DNA of 63,926 bases, counting the filler, from Pirum gemmata (Eukaryota), in the NCBI GenBank assembly GCA_002812295.1. It is 28 parts of 28 records of this genome, joined end to end, with 100 filler letters (N's around TTAATTAATTAA, not from the genome) between each part and the next. Parts side by side here need not be neighbours in the genome. Positions count along the whole stretch, not along the records: positions 50,916 to 53,007 come from PDIN01008573.1; positions 53,108 to 55,183 come from PDIN01008574.1; positions 55,284 to 57,373 come from PDIN01008575.1; positions 57,474 to 59,564 come from PDIN01008576.1; positions 59,665 to 61,748 come from PDIN01008577.1; positions 61,849 to 63,926 come from PDIN01008578.1; 22 more parts are not named here. One strand, given 5' to 3'. Below the pieces are notes generated by a model, which had not been told where the DNA came from, ran no database searches, and saw only the letters and a list, made by a program, of their open reading frames with translations. The translations under genes were made by a program, and so were the position numbers. This document shows positions 52,169 to 63,926 of this stretch, in pieces (the stretch's first letter is position 1; each line of letters begins with the position of its first letter).

Positions 52169-53154
52169 GTTATTGTTATTATTATTATTGTGTTGCTGTG
52201 GTGTTCGTAAAAGGATTGACGTTGCTGTATTGGTGTTTCTTAGTAGTCCAAGTGGAGTTATTAAGTACGTTCGTTTCTTCTTTGTTTGCTGTCTATTTGG
52301 GAATATTTTGACATCATATGTGCCCGGTGTTTTGAGGTAGTGGGTTGTGGCTTCTCTCATAGCTGGATTCTTGATAATAATAGCTTTGTTGTTATTGTTG
52401 TTTTTATACTTGATAATAGCTTTGTTGTTATATATCGTGTAGGCTGGGCCCCCTATACGTGTTTTGCGACGTGTTTTGGGCTGCTGCAAGTAGTAGCTAG
52501 TAGAGTAGACCGGTCTACACAAGCTGACTACTTTTTGTATCATGTCTAGTGTATCATGTTGATAAATCATAGTCTAGTCAGTTAGTTGATTTGGTTTTTC
52601 CGTCGCTCCACCGTCCACGTGACTTACTTGTTGGTAGTAATAGATCTTTAATTTGGTACTATTTAAGCGTATAATTGAGCTTATTTTAAAAAACTATAAA
52701 TAATTCTTTTAAAAATCATGATAAAATTTCGTCGACTTTCTTGTTTTTTCTTGTTTTTTGTATTTTTTGTTGTTTTTAGTTTTACTTTTTTTCCCGCTCT
52801 TTATTATTATGATAGACTACATAAAAAATAAAAAATAATAATAATAAAAGTATTAAATTGAGCAAAAAGAGTAGGTCCAAGGTTCCATTGTGTTATTAAA
52901 GATTCCATAAACGATTTCTTTTTCATTCTGTTACCCTTTACTTTTATTTACTCATATTATTATAAATAAATAATAATAATAATAATAATAACATAATAAT
53001 AATAATANNNNNNNNNNNNNNNNNNNNNNNNNNNNNNNNNNNNNNNNNNNNTTAATTAATTAANNNNNNNNNNNNNNNNNNNNNNNNNNNNNNNNNNNNN
53101 NNNNNNNTTATTATTATTATTAAAACTAAATTCAATTTTTCAAAATTATTTTAG

Positions 53155-53235
53155 ATGGAGTATAAAAGACTAGCAATAGAAAACGATTATATACCAATCA
53201 ATGGTCATAATGAAAGTGAAGACAGTGAAGATTAA
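53155..53235 (+). CDS. Probable short terminal exon of an unknown gene
   Basis: TTTTAG acceptor followed by MEYKRLAIENDYIPINGHNESEDSED*. Confidence 0.35.
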   Translation: MEYKRLAIENDYIPINGHNESEDSED

Positions 53236-54060
53236 AAAAAAATAAAAAATAAAAAATCAATAACGAGCCGAACTATTACAGGCTCGATTTCAGTTTTCAT
53301 TAAAAAATTCTGAAAGATTGTTAGAAATCAATAACGAACCGATTTATTACAGGCTCGATTTCCGTTTTCATTAAAAAATTCTGAAAGATCTTAGAAATTT
53401 TCTTAGAAAAACTTGAAATTCGAAAAAAAAGAATATCATTTCAAAATCGTCACTATTTAATAAGTAGGATCAAGCTGTTTGATTCGATTATATTTTCCCG
53501 TATCTCCCTTTACTGATCGACATTTACGGTAGATGTGATTTTCGCTCGCTGCAAAGTTATTCGATTATATACCAATCAATGATCACAATGAAAGTGAAGA
53601 CAGTGAAGATTAAAAAAAATAATAATAAATAAAAAATCAATAACGAGTCGAAATATTAAAGGCTCGATTTCCGTTTTCATTGAAAAATTCTGAAAGATCT
53701 TAGAAATTTCATAGAAAAACTTGAAATTCGAAAAAAAAGAATATTATTTCAAAATTGTCACCTTTTAATAAGTAGGATCGAGCTGTTTGGTTCGATTATA
53801 TTTTCCCGCATCTCCCTTTACTGATCGTCATTAACGGTAAATGTGATTTTCGCTCGCTCGAAAACCCAGAATTATGTGCAAAGTTATTCGATTATATACC
53901 AATCAATGGTCATAATGAAAGTGAAGAAGACAGTGAAGATGTTTTAAAAAAAATAATAATAATAAATCAATAACTAGCCGAACTATTATAGGCTCGATTT
54001 CCGTTTTCATTAAAAAATTCTGAAAGATTCTTATAAATTTCATAGAAAAACTTGAAACTC
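53184..54060. repeat. About 330-380-bp tandem triplication containing MITE B sequence
   Basis: CGATTATATACCAATCAATG...GACAGTGAAGAT recurs at about 53184, 53562 and 53890. Confidence 0.9.
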
Positions 54061-54985
54061 GATATTTTTATTACTAAAAGAGGGAAAGTAATTAGTAAAA
54101 AAACCATTTCGTCATAAAAATTTAATATTCCTGCGGATTTGTCCCGGCGTTTTGGTCAAAATTATATTTTATTACTAAAAAAGGGAAAATAATTAGTAAA
54201 AAAACCATTTCGTCGTAAAAATTTATACAAAACACGCAGGAAATTTAATATTCCTGCGGATTTATCCCGGTGTTTTGGTTAAAATTGTATTTTATTACTA
54301 AAAAGGGAAATGATTAATAAAAAAACCATTTCGTCATAAAAATTTATACAAAACACGCAGGAAATTTAATATTCCTGCGGATTTGTCCCGGCGTTTTGGT
54401 TAAAATTGTATTTTATTGTTAAAAAAGGAAATAATTAATAAAAAAAACCATTGCGTCATAAAAATTATACAAAACACGCAGGAAATTTAATTTTCCTGCG
54501 GATTTGTCCCGGCGTTGTATTTTATTACTAAAAAGGGAAATGATTAATAAAAAAACCATTGTGTCATAAAAATTTATACAAAACACGCAGGAAATTTAAT
54601 ATTCCTGTGGATTTGCCCCGGCGTTTTGGTTAAAATTAATAAAAAAAACCATTGCGTCATAAAAATTTATACAAACACGCAGGAAATTTAATATTCCTGC
54701 GTATTTGCCCCGGCGTTTTGATTAAAATTAATAAAAAACCATTGCGTCATAATAATTTATACAAACACGCAGGAAATTTAATATTCCTTCGGATTTGTCC
54801 CGGCGTTTTGGTTAAAATTATATTTTATCACTAAAAAAGGGAAATAATTAATAAAAAAACCATTTCGTCATAAAAATTTATACAAACACGCAGGAAATTT
54901 AATATTCCTGCGGATTTGTCCCGGAGTTTTGGTTAAAATTGTATTTTATTACTAAAAAAGGGGAAATAATTAGTAAAAAACTATA
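54061..54985. repeat. About 90-120-bp tandem array with a CGCAGGAA-N8-TTCCTGCG palindrome in each unit
   Basis: Palindromes at about 54235, 54356, 54477, 54586, 54678, 54769 and 54889. Confidence 0.92.
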
Positions 54986-55332
54986 TTTACCAATCTAATG
55001 TTAGAGTTTATAGATAAAACAAAAAAAAACGAAAAAAAAAAAAGCAGGAAGATGCGGGAAAACTCATCGAATCGAGACTAGTTCGAAACTTTAGAAATTT
55101 TTCAATCTAATTTTAAGTATTGGCTCACTTTTGATTTCATTAAAAAATTGTTAAAAATTCTTAGAAATTTCATAGAAAAAACTNNNNNNNNNNNNNNNNN
55201 NNNNNNNNNNNNNNNNNNNNNNNNNNNTTAATTAATTAANNNNNNNNNNNNNNNNNNNNNNNNNNNNNNNNNNNNNNNNNNNNTAATAATAATAATACTA
55301 ATGATACTAATAATATTTATAAATATAATTAC

Positions 55333-57100
55333 AAAAAGAGATTTGGAGGTAGATATATCTGCTTTTTGACGGACTCTTGCATCTTTTATCCATAAAAGTA
55401 TAGTAGGTGGTACCCAAATTAGCAGCATGACAGAGCAGAGAAGACGTATCATAAGTGGTTTGTTCCAACATTGTAGAATATTCTATATATAATTTTAAAA
55501 AATGTGTACGTAGGGATTTGGGAGGTAAGCGGTTATGGTTAAAGTCGTGGTTTAGGGTTTTAGAGTTAAGGTTGAGCTAGGGTTTAGGATTTAGGCTAAG
55601 GGTTAAGTTGGGCTTTAAGGCTCCAGGGCTTTAGGGCTTTAGGGCTTTAGGGCTTTAGGGCTTAGGGCTTTGGGATTTGGGGCTTAGGGCTTTAGGGCTT
55701 AGGGTGGGCTTTAGGGCTTAGGGCTTTAGGGCTTCAGGGCTTTAGGGCAGGATGGGTTAATGGTAAGATGGGGTTTAAGAGTAGAGAAGATTAGGGTTAG
55801 GGTTAAGGTTAGGAAAGGGGTTTAGTTAAGGTTGAGTTAGAGTTAAAAATAAGGTAAAATAAGGTAAAATAATTAGGGTTAGTGTCGGGAGTTGGGGTTA
55901 AGTTGGGGTTACGTTGGATTTTTTAAGTTTTAATCTTAGGCTTAGGCTTAGGCTTAGGCTTAAACTTTAGGCTTAGGCTTAAACTTTAGGTTTAGGTTTA
56001 GGTTTAGGTTTAGGTTTAGGTTTAGGTTTAGGTTTAGGTTTAGGTTTAGGTTTAGTATTAGTGTTAAGTGTTAAGTGTTTAGTGTTTAGTGTTTAGTGTT
56101 TAGGTTCAGGTTTAGGTTCAGGTTTAGCTTTAGGGCAGGATGGGGTTAATGGTTAGGGTAAGGTTTAAAGTTAAGATGGGGTTTAAGGGTAGAGTAGAGC
56201 AGCGTTAGGGTTAAGGTTAGGAATGGGGTTTAGAGTTAAGGTTGAGTTAAGAGTTAAAAATAAGGTGAAACAATTAGGGTAAGTGTCGGAGTTGGGGTTA
56301 AGTGGGGGTTAAGTTGGGGTTTAAGATTTAATCTTAGCCTTAACCATAAGGTTGGGGTTACGTTGGGTTTTAAGGTTTAATCTTAGGCTTAGGCTTACTC
56401 TTAGGCTTAAACTTTAGTATAGGCTTTAGGCTTTAGGTTTAGGTATAGATTCAGGTTTAGGTTTAGGTTTAGGTTTAGTGTTTAGTGTTTAGTGTTTAGG
56501 TTCAGGTTTAGATTGAGGTTTAGGTTTAGGTTTAGGTTTAAGTTTAGCCTGAGCCTGAGCCTGAGCCTGAGGTTTAGGTTTAGGTTTAGGTTTAGGTTTA
56601 GGTTTAGGTTTGATTTAGGTTTAGGTTTAAGCTTCGGTTCAGGCTTCGGTTCAGGCTTTTCGGTTTAGGCTTAGGCTTATGGCTTAGGCTTATGGCAGCA
56701 ATATGTCAGGTTTTAGCTTTATCTCTAGGGTTAGGGTTAACGAGTGTGTGTTGGGATTGAAAGAGAGGGCTAGGATTGACGGGTAGGGCAAAACGGAGAT
56801 ATAAGGCCAAGGGAAAAGGGAAGAGGTAGAAGGGTTTCGTACCTGTCCTATTTCACCAGAATATATCCAAATGAAGCAAATGATCGCTAAACAAATAAGT
56901 GAGAGAATTAGTTTAGACGACCTCTGCCACCAAGACTCTTGTTGCATTACTAGTACATCACTTTCAGCACTTTTTACATCCTCAGACCTTCCAGATGATG
57001 AATCATCCTTATCGCAACTGTCACTGTCCTGAGAAAAATCATCAACTACCTCCCTTGGAGTGTTTTGTAAAAGCGGGGCACTTTCTTCTTGATGTTCCAT
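55333..57100 (-). CDS. SLC35F/THI74-like DMT-superfamily transporter, first two coding exons (3'-partial)
   Basis: ATG at 57100. Exon 57100-56843 splices in phase 0 to an exon starting at 55482, giving ...LILSLICLAIICFIWIYSGEIGQ-NILQCWNKPLMIRLLCSVMLLIW. This fits the W..S.E..Q...NKP pattern. The 3' boundary of exon 2 is uncertain. Confidence 0.65.
55520..56740. repeat. Intronic mosaic of telomere-like variants (TTTAGG, TTAGGC, CTTTAGGG, TTAGGG) with a higher-order duplication
   Basis: Fills most of the 1360-bp intron 55483-56842. The block at about 55745-56110 is repeated at about 56135-56505. Confidence 0.9.
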
Positions 57101-57508
57101 TATAAATCTATAAACGAACAATAAAAGAAACAAGGCGGAAAATAAAATTGCAATAGTAATATACTGCTGTTATTTTCAAGAGTAAATTTTGCAATTATTT
57201 ATTCCTTTTAATCTGAATATTCTGAATATTCTGATTATTCTTATTCTTATTCTTGGCAAAGAGAAGTTCTTAGTACCAACTTTTATTACTATTATTTTTT
57301 TATACTTTTTGCAAATTTTATTTTTTTTTTTTTTTAAATTATCATATAAAAGAATCATGCGTTGTTTTATTCANNNNNNNNNNNNNNNNNNNNNNNNNNN
57401 NNNNNNNNNNNNNNNNNTTAATTAATTAANNNNNNNNNNNNNNNNNNNNNNNNNNNNNNNNNNNNNNNNNNNNTATTATTATTATTATTATAAACAGCAT
57501 CATTTAGA

Positions 57509-58829
57509 TTGCCCCATTCTAAATGCAAAGAAAATAAAACCACTAAAAAAAGAAATATGGACACAACTGGAACGAAGAATAGTAATCATGATTTTCATAA
57601 AACGTTACCCAACATGAAATTCAAATCAAAAACTGAGAGTAACTTAAGTAAACTACAAGGTGTTGATAATACTATCACTACTCCCAATACCGACGACGAC
57701 GACGACAACAGCAATGATTATAACAATGATGATGATGATGATGATGCCGGTGATGTTAATAATAATACTGATACTGATACTGATACTGATAACAATGCTA
57801 ACGGTAATAACGGTAATAACAAAAATAGTAATAGTAATAATAATAATAATAATGTTAAGAAGAAAATACTTTCAAAATCACTTTCCAATACTACTCTTCG
57901 TCTCATCACCAAGCCGAATAATACAAACCATTTCAGATCACACTCTAATAATAGTAATAACGCTAGACCTTCATTAAAAGATGTAACCGGTATATTACAT
58001 GGAAACAAAAACCACAAAAAAAACAACCAAGGTAGTGTGGACAACACAACTGCAACAACAACAACAACAAGAAGAAGAGCCTCGGTACCAAGCTTACCCT
58101 TTCAACCTTTGAGAAAAGAATCGTCTAGCGATTTATTTAATAATTCCACTGTTGAAAAATACACTAAGGCTTTTGACCCGGTTTCCAATGATACTTCTAC
58201 TACTACTACTACTACTAATACCAATACTACTGACACTACTAATAATACTAACACTACTAATACTACTACTAATGATGAAGTTGGCCCTATGAAAGTATTG
58301 GGAAGGAAAAAAGGAAGAAATCGCGGGAATAGTACTCGGGAATTGGCCCGACTTTCTGTTAGAGTTGCTTCATTAATAGATGATACTCTAGATTTAAGTG
58401 AAAATGAAGTCCTGGGTGAAATAGCTCATTTTGCTATTGATGAGTATGAGGGTGGTGTTGATTCAAGAGTGAAAAGTGTAGATGATTTGAATTATATGGT
58501 ATTAGAAGAAACTTCTTTAGCATCACCATCATCATCATCATCATCGTCGTCGTCATCATTGTCATCATCATCATCATTGTCATCATCATTATCATCCCCA
58601 TCTTCATCTTCATTATCGTCGCCATCAAGTTCTCCACCTTCTTCTCCTAAGATGTCAGAAAAAACAAAAACAAACACAGAAACTTCAAACGGAGAGGCCA
58701 TGGATAATGAAAATAATTTTATTCGAACTGCGATGCTTATACAAAGAGCCAAAACTACGAAAGAATCGCCACGTAAAATCACTGTTCAACGCTCTTCCTC
58801 CCAAGTGGATATACTTGAACAACAACAGC

Positions 58830-58863
<34 letters not shown>

Positions 58864-58898
58864 GCAGCAGCAACAACAACAACAACAGCAACAACAGC

Positions 58899-58930
<32 letters not shown>

Positions 58931-59347
58931 CCGCAACAGAAACAAAGACAGCAACAGCAACAACGACAGCAACGAGAACGTAAAAAATCTAGCGCCAAGG
59001 CTTTTGGGTTCTTATTAATGATGAATGAAATGTTGAACAAAATGCAAATAGAATTGCCTTTAGAAGAAACCACAACTAAGAAATGGGGCACAAGTAAAAA
59101 ACCCACTAAACAACCTTGTGTTAGTGGCCAAGTATTAGTCGAGTGGATGATGCATTACCTTAGTAATAACGAAATGACAAGCAAACGAGAAGTGACAAGA
59201 GAAAAGGTTCAAAAAATTGCAACAATGATGATGTCTCTGAAATTTTTGATTTCCGTAGGTGGAAATGCGGAAAATAGTCATCAGTTTCATGATAGTAAAA
59301 AACACTTTTACTACCCCAATCACACAGATGACAATCTCATTAAATAA
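57509..59347 (+). CDS. Low-complexity (N/T/S/Q-rich) protein with a C-terminal DEP domain, probably a 5'-partial terminal exon
   Basis: 612-aa open frame. C-terminus CVSGQVLVEWMM...TREKVQKIATMMMSLKFLISV...FHDSKKHFY fits the DEP consensus. AG acceptors just upstream; first ATG at 57557. Confidence 0.78.
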
Positions 59348-59898
59348 GTGAAAATTAATTATTACATTTGATTATTGATTAAAATAAAATGCTAATAAAA
59401 ACAAAAATAAAATAATTAAACTTACACACTATTAATATAAGTTATTTGATATTACTATATAATCTTAAATCAGGCCTTTTAATCTTTTAACCTTAACTCT
59501 AATATAAGATTATGACAAAATTTGTTCATACTTAAAAAAAAAACAAAAAAACTACAACAAATTANNNNNNNNNNNNNNNNNNNNNNNNNNNNNNNNNNNN
59601 NNNNNNNNTTAATTAATTAANNNNNNNNNNNNNNNNNNNNNNNNNNNNNNNNNNNNNNNNNNNNAAAAACAAAAACAAAAACAAAAACGAATTCAACAAA
59701 GAAAATAATATAAAAAGTTTAGTTAGGCAACTGTGGTCAACTAGCTAGAGCTATCGATACCTAGCTAGCTATCGATACTATCATATCAGATATTTTAATT
59801 AATAAATACTCTATCAGATACTACTAGCCAGACTGTAGGCGTAGACTCGTAGTACTGTAAAATATAATATTATTATGATAGCACAGAATATATTATAA

Positions 59899-60089
59899 TA
59901 TCGTGCTTTTCAGTTGTTTTGTCATCGTAAAATATACAATAAAGAGTACCAAATTAATAAAATATAAACCCATTTCATTTAATTTGGTATATTTTATTAT
60001 TAATTTATTCATTTAAAACAATGACAATTAAAAATTTTTAACCAGCCAAATAAATATCTGGAGTGACAAAATAAATGAAAAGCGCTATA
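59899..60089. mobile_element. MITE family A copy
   Basis: TATCGTGCTTTTCAG...TGAAAAGCGCTATA. Confidence 0.85.
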
Positions 60090-62602
60090 GGCTATAGCTA
60101 CTGTATATGCTACTGTAATGATAGCTATTTATATCGATAGTAGTCGGTAGCTACAGACAGTTCTACAGGCCCCGCCTACTACTATCGATACTAGATTGCT
60201 AGCTAGAGTATGATAGTGTTCTTATTATGACCTGTCAAGGAGTTCAAAAAATTGAACTCCTGTATTATTAGTCTATGATAGCATAGTCTACAACCAAAAT
60301 TTTTTAAAATATCAACAGCAAAAAACTAAACTACGTATACTCTACGTATACGGATTCTTCGATTTATAAAAACAAAAATAATTTTCAATTACCCAACAAT
60401 TATTAGTACAAGAATACAATGAAATACCAAAAAAAGAAAAAAACAAAAACTATAATAGAAATATGCTCAAAGTCCAAACCACTATGATAGTATCGATAAC
60501 ACACCCCAATAATTGAATCCTACAATAGTATAAAAAACACAGAAGAAAACCTCAAACCTCAACAACCTTTGGAATCTAGAACAAAATTGATGGGAAAAGA
60601 TAATCACAAACAATACAAAAAAACTACCAAAAACTTTAAAAAGTCAAATATATATACTAGCTAGAACTTAGAAGTCAAACTAAAATTTTTTGAACACAAA
60701 CAAATTTAAACTTGCAAAACTAGAATAGAATAGCTATATCCCACATCAAAAAAATCCCAACACAGACGCTACCGCAGACGACAACTGGAACTAATATAAA
60801 TATGAAAAATACAACAGGTCAAAACCGAACGACAATCAAATTACTAACCTATACGAAAATATAATGTAACAAATAAACAAATTAGAACTGTAACTTTTAT
60901 TTATAACCTACTACTCTCGAGTCTCTACACTGCACTCCTACTGACTTCCTACTGCTCCTCCTTTCTATTTTTATTATAGTAATAAGGAATTCGAAAACAG
61001 GGCCTTTTTTTTAATAGAGTTTTTTAGTTCCTTTTTTACTCATATATATTTTTTGAATTAAATTTTTTTTTTTTTAACAGCCAAGCCGGATAAAACTGTA
61101 GTCTAGAAATCATTTTTTTTTTAGACTTCCTTTCTAAAAACCTTTTTAAAATTCTAACTACCCAAATTATTTTTAAAAACAAGCCATTGGCTCATAATTA
61201 GTTATAAAATGTCCCAAAATTTGGTAGTACTTTTATTATAATTGGATCATTTTGAGTTTTTGGGATTTTTGAGTTCATAGTCTACAGACTAGTCTACACC
61301 GGATATCGCCATTTATAGTATTAAATTTTTTATTCGCTTGGTATCATAATATCATAGTTTTTTTTTTTTTTTCGCCACTTAGAAATGGAGTTTTTTAGGT
61401 CAATTATAAAAAGGTTTGCGTTTTTTTGTCCAATATAGTGTTCCTAATATCTATAGAAAGGTCTTATTGAGCTAATTAAATATATCCAATAAAATTTAAA
61501 TATTTAATAATGACTTTTAATTGAGTTAAACAAAACAAAATTTGAAAATTTCGAATTTTGGATGAAATTAGGCGTCCCTGTCAGAAAAAATGGTTGTTTA
61601 AATTATCAATTTTTATTAGTCAAATTCCAATTTTTTTTGTAGACTAAGAAAGACGGGTGCTTTCTTTTTTATCATGACGTAAAATTTATGTTGATTTGTG
61701 TTCGAAAATGAAAAAAACAACATCGAGCTAAAAAAACAAATCCTAATTNNNNNNNNNNNNNNNNNNNNNNNNNNNNNNNNNNNNNNNNNNNNTTAATTAA
61801 TTAANNNNNNNNNNNNNNNNNNNNNNNNNNNNNNNNNNNNNNNNNNNNTATTATTATTATTATTATTATTATTATAGGTATTATCGTTATTGTTACTATT
61901 ACTACGTATACTGTTACATCACTATTTTTATAAGCACATATGTATACAGTAGCCTTATTACATTAAGCCTTGTATTGTTAAAATTTACATTCTATTACTA
62001 TCGTTAATATTTACATCATTATCATTATTATTACTACTTATATTATTATTAGTACTACTACCGTGACTACTATTATATTACAATTACTACGGTATTATTA
62101 CACCACTATACTATATTACTAATATTAACAATATATTAAACGTGCCCATTTCTATTATTAGTATTATGATTATGGTTATGAAGGTTAAGATTATGATTAT
62201 GATAATTATGATGTATTATGATGATGATGACAATAATAATTATTATAATTAGTACCACTACAACTATTTCTACTATTAGCTGTAGTTGCAGTGGCTGTCG
62301 TTGTCGTTGTTTGTTGCGGTTATGGGTGGTTGTGGTTGTTCGTTGTTATTTTTATTACCACCACTACTATTTCTACTATTAGTCGTAGTTGCCGTGGTTG
62401 TCGTTGTCGTTATGGTTGTGATGGTGGTGGTTGTGGTTGGTGTTGTGGTGGTTGTGGTGGTTGTAGTTGAGGTTGGGGTTGTGGTTGGTGTTGCGATAAC
62501 GGTGATGATTATGGTTGTGGTTGCGGTTATGGTTACCAACATTAATATTACCATCGTTATAGTAGTAGAAGTAGTAGTAGTTGCTGTTGGTTACTGTTAA
62601 TA

Positions 62603-62783
62603 CTAGTTTTCATTTTCTGCTGGTGATTTGTTTGTCAATTTTTCGAAAGCAAAAACTGTATAGTAACCAATTACTTCCCATTGTTGTGGGTCTATTACTT
62701 CACCTGGCCCAAGGACTCTCATTTTTTGAAATAATTCCCAATACACTACATCTTGTATATTTCTTTGATAAAATTCATGAAAT
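62603..62783 (-). CDS. RNMT: mRNA cap guanine-N7 methyltransferase, terminal exon
   Basis: Not in the ORF track. After an AG acceptor: FHEFYQRNIQDVVYWELFQKMRVLGPGEVIDPQQWEVIGYYTVFAFEKLTNKSPAENEN*. Matches the RNMT/Abd1 C-terminus (F.EFY...L.KRM..L...WE....Y.VFAFEK). Confidence 0.78.
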
Positions 62784-62905
62784 CTTTAAATATATAATAA
62801 GTTATTTTTAATAATAAAACAATAAAATAAAACAATAAAATAAAATAATAAAATAAAATAATAAAATAAAATAATAAGATAAAGTAACAATAAAATAATA
62901 ATAAC

Positions 62906-62973
<68 letters not shown>

Positions 62974-63926
62974 GAAAAATTAAAATAAATAAATAAATAA
63001 ATTATAAAAATTATACAATTAGAAACCAAAAAAACCAAAATGACAAAAAAAACCAAAAACCAAAAGCCAAAAACAATAAACAAAAAAGTACAAAACCAAA
63101 AAAGTTATTTCAATAATAACAATTGTAACAATTATACATAACAAGTAACAATTATAACAATTATAACAATTATAACAATTATAACAATAGTGTCTTTAAA
63201 CAAACAAACAAACAAACAAAAAATACTATGCACAAAAACAAAACACAATCACAAAAAACAAACAAGGGGATACAGAAAACCATAATCGAATCAAACAGCT
63301 CGATGCTAATCATTAAATAGTGACAATTTTGAAACGATATTCTTTTTTTTTTTTCAGTTTCAAGTTTTTCTATGAAATTTCCAAGAATTTTTTAATGAAA
63401 TCAAAAGTGAGCCAATACTTAAAACTAGATCAAAAAATTTCGAAAGTTTCGAACTAGTCTCGATTCGATGGTTTTCCCCGCATCTCCCAAAAAAATATGC
63501 TAAAAAACCAAAAACCAAAAACCAAAAACCAAAAGGCAAAAGGCAAAAAAGAAAAAAGTAAAAAGCAAAAGGCAAAAAGCAAAGCAAAACAGCCAATTTT
63601 ATTACCTCTCATACAAAATCAACTTTAACCCGTATTCTTCACACAGACTGTCATTGTGACAAAAATAAAAACCGAATAAAACAACACATAAAAAAAAGAA
63701 AATAGTAAATAGCTAATAAAACCAAAACTACAAATCATCCTTTCTATTAAGTAAAATTACACAATTGTAATATTAGAATATTATCATTTATTTATTGGTT
63801 TATCGATTTCTTGATTTATTTTAATTTACTAATATTTTTTTATCTGTTTATTTATTTATATATTTATTTATACAATATATACAATATACTATATGCAATA
63901 CAATACAATACAATACAATACAATAC

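Noticed and set aside
54061..54985. CRISPR-like array
   Set aside because: Inter-palindrome sequences are homologous to each other rather than unique spacers, the context is eukaryotic, and there are no cas genes.
60300..60870. A-rich strand-biased segment resembling a LINE ORF2 3' relic
   Set aside because: No RT, endonuclease or CCHC motif is recognisable, and there are many stops.

Overview
This is not one continuous locus. It is 28 short, unordered eukaryotic contigs (mostly about 2.1 kb) joined by 27 identical artificial 100-bp linkers (N44-TTAATTAATTAA-N44, stops in all six frames), so nothing can be inferred across linkers. The genome is very AT-rich, uses the standard code and GT-AG introns, and is full of microsatellites, interstitial telomere-like repeats (TTAGGG and variants) and at least six MITE-like families. 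Most short ORFs in the supplied track are repeat artefacts. Splicing exons by hand gives partial genes for: a CLC channel, PRPF4, a PAN+GH16 beta-1,3-glucanase, a CHAP/NlpC-P60-like protein, ECM29, a huntingtin-like protein, a CoA-disulfide-reductase-like exon next to an ETNPPL-like aminotransferase exon, an SLC35F-like transporter, a DEP-domain protein and RNMT. There are also three intronless ORFs: a RING-H2 protein with a signal peptide, a repetitive type I membrane protein, and a 570-aa virus-like protein. The huntingtin-like exons suggest a non-fungal, non-plant protist such as a unicellular holozoan (inference only). Best leads: (1) a histone H3-variant fragment captured inside a MITE; (2) a Bro-N-like plus tyrosine-recombinase-like ORF that seems to have lost catalytic residues; (3) introns built from telomere repeats, mostly with the C-strand as sense; (4) repeated tandem duplication of splice junctions; (5) an in-phase pair of exons from two unrelated enzymes. 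All protein family calls come from recognising motifs by eye, not from database searches.
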